From NCBI GenBank assembly GCA_018398765.1, contig JAHBMJ010000364.1, forward strand, positions 1 to 49,402: a stretch of 49,402 nt of DNA. Reading direction: 5' to 3'. Below the pieces are notes generated by a model. The model saw nothing but the letters and a program-made list of their open reading frames with translations. It did no database searches and was not told the DNA's origin. The number at the start of each line of letters is the position of its first letter. Position 1 is the first letter of the stretch. This DNA comes from Chromera velia (Eukaryota). The position numbers were made by a program, and so were the translations under genes. Shown here in pieces: positions 40,301-49,402 of the stretch.

Positions 40301-41663
40301 AGGCAGACAGACCGACAGAAAAACTAACCAACCAACTAACCAATAAACGAAGGAGCAAAGGAACGGACCAACCTGCAATCTGCATAGAGTCCTGAGGTCG
40401 GAGAGGCCCCCTGATGATTTCTCCCAGCGTTCTCTCCAGGGCCGCGCCCCTGTTCATGTCGGAGGAGGGGACCGTCAGGGTCACGTGGAGGCTCTGGGAG
40501 GACTCGGGGGTCTTCGCACAGTGCAGATGACTGCACCACCCCATTCATACAATGCAGGCAGGCAGGCAGACAAAGAAAGAAAGAAGAAACAGGTAGAACA
40601 TAATTGTGCTGGCAAACGCGTAGAGTGAGTGTAGAAGGAATCTTGTGTAAACAGACTGCAAAATACACAAGACAGAGTTCCACTGCGTGAGCGTAACGAA
40701 CTACATAACAGAGAAGAGAGGTCTCGCTGAGTGTACGCAACTTACTGTAACGACAACAAGAGGCAGGCACAATCGGAGAAAAGTATTCCTCCTTTCAGAT
40801 TACAGAGAGAAGCCTTACTTGCCTCCCTTCCAGGACCTTCTTCTTCTTTACGTCCTTTTCTTTCGATGAAATCACTACCACGAACTTTCTGCAGCTACAA
40901 CACCGGCATTTCTGCAACGCGTGCAAACGGCCACTGTCTCAACATCCATTTTGGAATGTGCAAAAGAATGTGCGTAAAACTAATCTTTTTTTTGAACACC
41001 GTGAAAGACGCACTCTCACCGAATGCATTACTGTACACACAGAAAAAAAATAACAGCATGCATTACAACAGCATCCACTGACCCTCTGGGTATGTAGAGA
41101 ACATCCCCTGCCGACAGGGTGCACTCCAACACTGGTGGTCCTTCCGCACCTGTGGGCACAGTTTCGCTCTTCCCAGCCATTTCATCCGACAGAATCAGAC
41201 GCAGCCCCGGCAACGGCCCGAAGACTTTCCACGCCTTTGTTCCCCATAACTGTACTAGGATCGTGTCTTGGTCGTCTGAGTGGACGTTGACGGCAAATGT
41301 ACCCGGAGGTGTGAGGTACAAGACCGCGAAGACGTGATGGAAAAAACGGGTGGCCAGTTCTCGACAAAATGCGAATAAACGGGGATGGGTTCTGTCTGCC
41401 ATGTTGACAATCAGAGAAGCTCCATCGAGATACGCAAGCCAGGGAGAGACGCTTGGAGCGACTGCCCTTCCCTTTTTGAAGATTTTCAATTGATCAGGGA
41501 TTCTCCCGAGGATGTCCATCATTGTATCCGCATCGATCATCGAAGGAAGAGGGTTGTCTGGGAAGTCTGCAGCCTTCACAAGGAGGGGCCTCTCCTCCCA
41601 GTAGGTAGAGAAGAACTCTGGAGTCAAAATCGTAGAGCAGAAGCAGTCCGCGTCGTCGTTCAT
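36472..41663 (-). CDS. JmjC/cupin 2-oxoglutarate-Fe(II) oxygenase of the ribosomal oxygenase NO66/RIOX1/ROXA type, multi-exon
   Basis: Exon 41663-41083 has 'FFSTYWEERPLLV...LYLTPPGTFAVNVHSDDQDTILVQLWGTKAWKVF...LSAGDVLYIPRG'. Exon 40530-40373 has 'HLHCAKT..SLHVTL', completing the HxD...H triad. A winged-helix-like exon 'VSVKNLP..DSFERLCLARLFVDKGVL' lies at ~37199-37039; the last exon ends at 36472. Some middle exons are uncertain. Confidence 0.88.
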
Positions 41664-42164
41664 CTTGAGAGAAGGCAATTGGAAGTGACGAACACCAAAG
41701 GGAGACGGCCGCAGAAATAGACGACCGCAACAACAGAACAAGTTGGGAAGCCCCAAACGCGCAAAGGAAGGAACTAAGGTGAATTCAAAACTGCCAAAAT
41801 ACCAGCGAAACGACTAGATGGCAAACCCAGTCAGCTGCTGTAGAGCTGTGGGTGCGGCGAGTCCAGCGACCAAGGAGCAACGGACCGATCCGAATGGTCG
41901 CAAACTCAGTTCCTTCCAGAGTCGGAAAGTTCAAGCATTCAATTCAATCTGTCCTCACAGCGCGATAGAGGAGGCTCACGAAAGAAGCGTCCAGCACATG
42001 CATGGCCGAGCTTGCGCGACCCACATTCATCCACATTCATTGATTCACATCTCCAGGGCTTAAGAGTAAGAGCTTGTCTCAGTGGTCCTTTCGATCGTGG
42101 CTGATCGACTCAGTCTGGCCTCCCATGAATTCCCATGGCACTCCTACATAGCACTCCCTCGCGT

Positions 42165-42250
42165 ATCGGTGTGGCGTGCAATGGCGTGCATGCATGCATG
42201 TGGCGAGCGGTCGATCTTTTTTGTCTTTTTTGAGCCATGCATGCACGAAT
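42165..42250. promoter_or_regulatory. TGCATGCA cluster in the divergent JmjC / SAP-TMEM41 intergenic region
   Basis: GTGCATGCATGCATG and CATGCATGCAC are directly visible. Confidence 0.45.
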
Positions 42251-42706
42251 TGGCCCCGCAATTTCCGCAAACTCAGGTCTGTCGTTCAGAAATGTTCAGA
42301 AAATGACTTCGCAGCTCGGAGAAGCACACAGCCAAGCTTTATATGATTGTCAGCAAAGAATCCTGCAGAGATCGAGGTACAGACGCCTGTAGCCACAGCC
42401 AGTAGAGAGCTACAGTGGTGACGGAGCGAACCCTATCCGCAGACTGTCCAGCTAACGGAAAAACCAAACCACCGTTGCTCCTCGCCTTCCCGTACCGTTC
42501 GACTTGGACTGACGGGTCGATTGTGCTGGACTGCTCGAGTGCAGTCCTGTGTGCGCTGCTTTGTCCATTGCAAGGGCAGTCTGACCTCTTGACAGTTCTA
42601 AGTCGTCAGAGGATTTCTGTCTGAAATCCCTAGCACCTCTGTTCCATCCGTCTACGCACTTGCTTATTTGCTCAATCTGTTTGTCCACTCGACAGTCTGA
42701 TCCGTC

Positions 42707-44190
42707 ATGAGTGTGTTCATTGACAAGGCCAACTCCGTGAAGGAGATTGAGAAGTTCTCTCTCTCCGACATCCGCCTTGCCCTAGAAGACAGAAACCTGC
42801 CGATCGCAGGGACAAAGAGTGAGCTTTCAAGCAGACTGATGAAAGCTCTAGAGGAGGAGAGGGTCAGGACTGCACCCTCTCCTAGGAGAAGTCCTAGAAC
42901 GGGGGGTGCAACTTCCAAAGCGAAGGAAACGACAGGTGCTTCTCCTTCGCGACCTTCGAAGGGGGGAGATGGGGGGGGGGAGAGGGCAGAGGGGGGAGGG
43001 GGGAACACTACGAGACGACGCTCTAGGGATGCAGAGGATATGGACACGGCCTCTAAGATCACTCAACTCGCAGCGCAAGTCACGCCTGCGAGTTTCCGAA
43101 GGAACTTAGTCTTCATGGTCATTCTCTTTGGGATTTGCTTGGGTGCTGTACTCTTTTCCCTTCGTCTGCTGAGTACACGAGCGAGTTTACCAGTCGAAAA
43201 GAGAATGGTCATATGGGACGCAATTGTTCGGGATGCGGAGAGTGACGTGGTGGTTCGGGTCAATAAAGTGGTGTCTGTGCTTCAGGACTACGCACAGAGC
43301 CACTCATTTGAGGTCGTGATGATGATCTCGATTGTGTATCTTTTCTATCAAACGTTCAATGTGTTCCTCTTTTGGGTCCCTGCATTGGGCTCCCTTCTGA
43401 CTATTCTCGCCGGCGCTCTGTTTGGTCATTGGAAAGCTCTTCTCCTCTGCTCCACCCTGTCATCGTTAGGTCCGGTCTTTGCTTATGCCCTGTACAATTG
43501 GGTGGGCAAGCCGGTGGCATTAAAGTGGGCAGGTGACCGCATTCGGCAGTTGGAACTACGAATAGCAGCGCACAGGGAGAATCTGTTTGCCTGGATTTTC
43601 TTCCTTCGTGTGACCCCCCTTTTTCCCAACATCCTGATCAACATGGCTGCTCCGATCATCGGAGTGCCCATCCTGCCCCTCGTGATGGGCACATTCGTCG
43701 GTCTGATGCCCAACACGTTCGTGTTCGTCCAGACAGGGTGCAACTTGGCCAAGTTGAACCAACTGGCTGACGTGTGGTGGATCTTCGCAGGTGGGTGGGG
43801 GGTGGAATCTGTTCTTTGTTTTTTGTCTCTGTGTCGGTCCAGCTGTCTTCCTGTCTTTCTGGCGGGCAGTTTCTGGCAGGGAGGCGGTCAGTCTGTCTGC
43901 CTGCCTGCCTGCCTGCCTGTGTATCTGGAAAAGGAAAAGAAGAAGCAGTGCGCACTGTGTCACTTCTTTCTTTTCTTTTCTTTTGTTACAATGGCGAAGC
44001 ACCAGAAAGGGCCGCGTGGGATCATTGATGAAGTCAAAAGAGAGAATGGATGCTTTGGTTCATTTTTTTTTTCTTTGCGGAGAGAAAAGAAGTCGTGTAG
44101 TCTGTTTGTGTGTCTATATGTTTGTTTCTGAAAAAGAGACGTGTAGCCTGGCAAAAGGAGGACGGAAAGCAAGGGAGGAAGGAAGAAAGG

Positions 44191-44234
<44 letters not shown>

Positions 44235-44320
44235 AAAGCAAGGAAGGGTGGAAGAAAGACAGATAGCAAGAAAAAAAAAAGGAAGAAAAAAACAAATTGG
44301 AAAAAAAAAAGAAGAAAGGC

Positions 44321-44351
<31 letters not shown>

Positions 44352-45132
44352 AGCAAGGAAGGAAGGAAGGAAGGAAAGAAAGAAAGAAAGAAAGCAAGAA
44401 AGAAAAAATAAAGCAAGGAAGGAAGGAAGGAAGAAAGACAGATAGCAAGAAAAAAAAAAGGAAGAAAAAAACAAATTAGAAAGAAAGAAAGACAGAAACA
44501 AAAAGAAAGAAAAGAAAGAAAGAAAGAAAGAAAGAAACAAACAAACAAAAAGAAAGAAAGAAAGAAAAAGAAAGAGAGAAAGGAAGAAAGAAAGAAAGAA
44601 CGAAAGAACGAACGAAAGAACGAACGAAAGAACGAAAGAAAGAAAGAAAGCACGGAAGAAACACACACAGTACGAAAAGGACCGTTCTTTCAGTGTGACC
44701 GAGCATGTTTCTCCATCTATTTGCTTACTTGTCTGTCTGTCAGTCTTGTCTGTCTGAGGACAGAACGAGGAAAGAACAAAAGAAAACGAAACGAATGACA
44801 GAAAAGAAAGAAAAAAACAGTACTGTCTCGAATTTCACAGCAGAAAGGAGAACAATGTACGCTATCGATGGGTCTTTCTCTAGTGGTTTCTAATCACCCC
44901 TCTATCCCCTCCACTATGTGTGTGAGAGAGAGAGAGAGTGTGTGTATGTCTGTCTACTGGTGTCCGCACGGATCCCTTTCTCTGCCCGTCTCTCTCTGTT
45001 TGAATGTGTCTGTCTGTTACTTCCTTTGTTTGCCTTCTTTGCTTGCTCGCAGGCCTTTGGGCTCTCGGGGTGATCTCTGCGCTTCCGGCCCTTTTCATGA
45101 AGAGCAAAAAGGTGGTGGACAAGACAGACTGA
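42707..45132 (+). CDS. TMEM41/TVP38 (DedA/VTT, 'SNARE-associated') membrane protein with N-terminal SAP domain. Exons 42707-43790 and 45053-45132
   Basis: SAP-like 'IEKFSLSDIRLALEDRNLPIAGTKSELSSRLMKAL'. DedA motifs 'YLFYQTF...LTILAGALFG' and 'FFLRVTPLFPNILINMAAPIIGVPILPLVMGTFVGLMP'. Last exon 'GLWALGVISALPALFMKSKKVVDKTD*'. Confidence 0.92.
44165..44655. repeat. Intronic purine-rich (GA)n/(GAAA)n/(GGAA)n microsatellite with an internal ~50-bp duplication
   Basis: Directly visible; GAAGAAAGACAGATAGCAAGAAAAAAAAAAGGAAGAAAAAAACAAATT occurs twice. Confidence 0.9.
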
Positions 45133-48020
45133 CTGACTGCATGTGCCTGCGATCAACCGAGCGAGAAAGAGAAAAGGAGAGTGACGTCATTTAATGGTCA
45201 GACGAGAGAGACGAGACGGATCTTGTCGAGAGAGAGAGGGGGGGAGGCTGGTTGAAGAGAGGGGAACAAGGGAAAGAATGCGAAAGGGGGTGTGGCAGAA
45301 AGGGGAAAGAGTCAAATCGGGCAGCTGGGAGGGATTGGCAGAAAAGTAGAGGAAGGAGAAGGAACATTGTGCAGACTGGAGGGTGTCGAAGCTTGTTTGA
45401 ATGAGGAGCGGAGGGAAGAGTTAAATCGTTGGATCAATCGGGCAGGTTTGGTTTGCTGATGAATAAAGAAACTAGAAATACTTGCAAGGGATGGTGGAAG
45501 TGTGTGCAGAGAGTGGAAATGAGAAGGACTGACGGAAGGGGATGGGGGGGGGTTAATCCTCTCGAACAAAGTATGCAGAGGAGAGGAGAGAAGGATCAGA
45601 GCCTGCAGAGAGGGACAAAGAAAGCAAAAAGGGGGGTACCGCAAGATGCGGGTGCACGCATAGTGAGGGGTGTGAGGGGAGACTTGTACTTCGTCGTCGA
45701 TCTGCCTCCCCCTTCTCTCACGCTACATTCTTCCTCGAGAAATGAATGCAATTAATAAACTAGACACACCGGTAGCCTCATGCATAATCAGATAAAGCAG
45801 AAACACAAGACAGTCTTTCCTTCCAAGGGGGCAAAAGCCTTCCTTCAAAGCCGTGAGGCGACTTTCGTTTTTTCTTCCTATTTGAAGAAATGTAGACAGA
45901 CAAAAAGACGTACAGGGAAAGAAACCCTTGTTCCGTTCGTGCTGCATGCATGCGGATGCAGCAGTGTTTGTTTATCATTCGGCTGCGTGCCGGTGTCCCA
46001 GTGTTTCTTTGGCGGGACTGGTTTTTGGTTTTTTTGGAGAGAGGAAAGGCGGAGGGTGGAGCGCCTGTTTGTCTTCGGGTGGGTTCTTTTTTCTCCTTAC
46101 CTTCTTTCTTTTCTTCTTTCTTGCTTGTTTCCTTTCTTTCTTCCTCTCTGCCTTTCTTCCTTTCTTTTTTCTCTTGCTGGGTTGTTTGCTTTCTTTCTAT
46201 CTTTTGTTCTTTCATTATTTGCTTGTGTCATTTTTTCTCTTTCGGTGCTCAGTCTTTCTCATCTTTCCCCCTTCGTATGCGCTTCCCTCCCCTTTTGTCT
46301 GCGCACCTTTCTTTCAAGCATCCACTCTCTCTTCCCTTCTTTGCACCCGTCCCTCCCTCCCTCCTTTCTTTCTTTCTTTCTTTCTTTCTGTCTTTCTGTC
46401 TTTCTTTCTTTCTTTCTTCCTTTCTTGCATTCGACCTGACGTGTCTTTTTGTCTTTCATTATTTGCATGCCGTTGATGAAGGGAAAAGAATAGACGGCGG
46501 CGATGCGGAGGGTACGAAGGGAGGGGAAGTTTCGCAGCACGACCCGGCAGGCGTGCAAGCTGACGTACGATTTTTTTTCAGTTGAAGAACGCTTATTGTG
46601 ACAGCTACTTATTTTTTCACTAAAAAATCGAAAGCGTTCGTTACTTTCAAAGTTGCCCGGTGGCTCTAAAGGAGAGCTGCATAAAATGAAACTTTCCGGT
46701 TTCTTCAGTTCCATCCGTACTATCCGGGTGTTGCAAGGTGAGTGTTTTTGCTTCGACCGCCACGTGGTGGTCTTTCCCATGCATGCAGCTCGTCTGTCTT
46801 CCACTATTCCTATTTATATTTAAGTTTTCAAACCCTTTCCGTGTATACCTGCATGACAGTGCATAGATGCTTGTGCGTGAATTACTTGAATGGCTGCATG
46901 AATGATTGTCGTAGATGGATGATGTACCATAAGGCTGCACCTGGGCGTCGGCTAAAGAAAAGAAAAAGCCTGGGAAAAAGCAGTGAACTTAGGGATCGCC
47001 GATGAGGCGTATAGAAGATTTTTTTTCGTTCTTTGTTACCTACTTTTTAACTTAAATAACACTTGGGGAACAAAATGTGAACAACACTTGCAGTATATTT
47101 AAGCGACTTCCTAGGTGACTTCCCATTGAACTTCAATAAGATAGGATGAGGTATAGGATTTATGTTCCGGGTACTCCCGAGGCTAGTTCTGAGGTCCACT
47201 GCCTACTAGTAGAAAACTATAGGTACAGGATTACAGAATTCTAGATAGGATTATATTGTGTTCGGGGCCGAAGCCCTAGACTTGCGTGCCAGTTGTCTGG
47301 CGTCCGCCTTGCATCATACATCCATGCACATTACTCCACACCATGCATGCAGTGATGCATACATGCAACGACACATCACACTAGACATTATTATCATATC
47401 TGACACATCACAATACATGCATTCTTGCATTATACTTTTAACCATCGCAATTAACCAGTGCCAATTAACCACCGGTAAAACATGGAATCCCGATGTGTTT
47501 GGGACTAGGTTTGGAAGACGGAAAAAGACCGTTCTAGTCAGTGTGCTCGCGTGGATTACCTTTTAGGGAAAAGTAGGGAAAACTTCAACCCGGAAAAGAA
47601 GAAGAACTTCGATTGTTTCAAAAGAGCTGAAGAAAACCCACACGCAAACGCAAAGACTCTAAAAAAAAGAAAGGCCGGGGGAAAGGAAAGAAGGAAAAAA
47701 AACAAAAAAAAAAGGAAAGAAAAAAAGGGTAGAAAAGGTGCGTAGTAGACTGCCTACACCATGAATATTTATGTAATTGACTAATTGGGTATCATTCAGG
47801 GTATGTCACTGCCCCGGGCGTGACACCCGGGGTGTAATAGCATAGTATCTAGGTATAATAGCGTATAACTTGCTTCCTCGTATTGTTTCACAGCTAGTTT
47901 CACGGCTAGTTTCGCTGTGCAATCTCTGCTAGAACGTTTGGTTCTTCTTGTTAAATACCCATCGCAGAAAAATTGTACGTAACAGAATGATATGCCAATT
48001 TTTGATAAAAATTTAACAAT

Positions 48021-48285
48021 TCATCGTGTTTTCCCGTATCCTAAATGCCACCAGAGGGGGTCTGCCCTGACGGGTCTTTTCTCCTTCTCCTGCTGATGCA
48101 GAAAAGCCATGTTGCAGAATTTGGACCTCTTCAATGACGGCCTCTTGGGGTCCTCAAAGAGCCTGGGGGTCCCTGAGGGAAAGAGGTACTGGGGACGATA
48201 AAACTTCTTCTTCGTCCAGGGAAGGACCGAGATCAGCCACTGCTGGGGGGACCACTTTTTGAACCTCTTCCTGTGCCAGTGCTGG
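48021..48285 (-). CDS. Probable terminal exon of an unknown gene whose 5' part lies beyond the window
   Basis: Acceptor CGTGCAG| at 48286 follows a microsatellite intron. The frame 'QHWHRKRFKKWSPQQWLISVLPW...ADPLWWHLGYGKTR*' is basic and Trp-rich. An alternative frame ending at 48154 cannot be excluded. Confidence 0.55.
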
Positions 48286-48555
48286 CTGCACGGATGAGCG
48301 GAGGAGCCCCATACACAAACAAAAAAAAAAGGAGAGAGAAAGGGAAAAAAAGACAGATGAATGGAAGGACTGCGGAAACGAACGGAACGGAACACAAAAC
48401 GGAAGAAGAGGAATGGCATGGAAGGTATTGGATGGAAAGCAAAGAAGAAGAAGAAGAAAACAAAGGCGAACACAGAAACAAAGGCCATGGGCGCACGAAG
48501 GCGCGTGCACAGAAACACAGCAGGCACTTTCTGCGGAGTTACTGATTGGCATACA

Positions 48556-48558
48556 ATT

Positions 48559-48594
<36 letters not shown>

Positions 48595-48644
48595 TTCTTT
48601 CTTCCTTCCTTCCTTCCTTCCTTCCTTCCTTCCTTCCTTCCTTC

Positions 48645-48679
<35 letters not shown>

Positions 48680-48876
48680 TTCTTTCTTTCCTCCCTTCTT
48701 TCTGTCTGTCTGTCTTTCTTTCTTTCTTTCTTTTTTTCTTTGTTTCTTTCTTTCTTTTTCTTTTTTTCCCTTTTTTTTGTCTCTTTTTTCTTTTTTCTTT
48801 TTTTTGTTCTTTCTTTCTTTCTTTCTTCCTTCCTTCCTTCCTTCCTTCCTTCCTTCCTTCGTTCCTTCCTTCCTTC

Positions 48877-48948
<72 letters not shown>

Positions 48949-49020
48949 CTTTGCTTTTGCGGTTTCTTTGTTTTTCTGTCCGTCTTTCTTTCCCTTACCC
49001 CCTTTTCCTCTCTCTCTCTC
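48556..49020. repeat. (CTTT)n/(CCTT)n/(CT)n microsatellite
   Basis: Directly visible. Confidence 0.95.
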
Positions 49021-49144
49021 CCCCCCCCGGCCCCCCTCTCTCGTTTTCGTCCCTTTCGCTTTCTTTTGATGCGGATTTTCCTCTAGGGCCCGATCAGTCT
49101 GTCTGTCCTTCTCGCAATTCCGCCACTTTCCTTCTCGTCCGTCT

Positions 49145-49402
49145 GGCTTTCTCCGTGGAGGGCTACGGGAGTTCTTTCACTTCTGCCTCTACACACACAG
49201 GGCTTTCTCCGTGGAGGGCCACGGGAGTTCTTTCACTTCTGCCTCTACACACACAGGGCTTTCTCCGTGGAGGGCTACGGGAGTTCTTTCACTTCTGCCT
49301 CTACACACACAGGGCTTTCTCCGTGGAGGGCTACGGGAGTTCTTTCACTTCTGCCTCTACACACACAGGGCTTTCTCCGTGGAGGGCTACGGGAGTTCTT
49401 TC
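49145..49402. repeat. Minisatellite, 56-bp unit, at least 4.6 near-identical copies, running off the window end
   Basis: GGCTTTCTCCGTGGAGGGCTACGGGAGTTCTTTCACTTCTGCCTCTACACACACAG starts at 49145, 49201, 49257, 49313 and 49369. Confidence 0.97.

Noticed and set aside
43791..49086. F/L/S-rich and K/E/R-rich ORFs resembling membrane or charged proteins
   Set aside because: Translations of (CTTT)n/(GAAA)n tracts in introns or UTRs.

Overview
Eukaryotic nuclear DNA, most likely from a chromerid alveolate such as Chromera velia. This is inferred from microsatellite-filled spliceosomal introns, TGCATGCA-rich promoters, an ISP-like gene and a plastid-type bipartite leader. Most long ORFs in the supplied track are microsatellite artefacts. 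By hand I reconstructed about 10 genes: an ISP-like PH-fold protein, a multi-exon EF-hand-like protein, an intronless BTB-like gene with a probable premature stop, a DHHC-family palmitoyltransferase with a DHWC motif, a large coiled-coil protein, a secreted coiled-coil protein, a putatively plastid-targeted LEA-like protein, a NO66/RIOX-type JmjC oxygenase, a SAP-domain + TMEM41/DedA fusion, and the last exon of a gene that runs off the window. Genes are separated by AT-rich islands holding three TIR/TSD-bounded MITEs, a decayed LINE, an (ATCA)n-tailed repeat and a nested palindrome. The strongest leads are the SAP-TMEM41 fusion, the loss of all four ligands of one zinc site in the DHWC enzyme, a 30-nt sense-oriented motif just upstream of 3' splice sites, frequent GTCAGT donors and CTAG-ended MITEs with 8-bp TSDs. 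All exon models are manual and untested.
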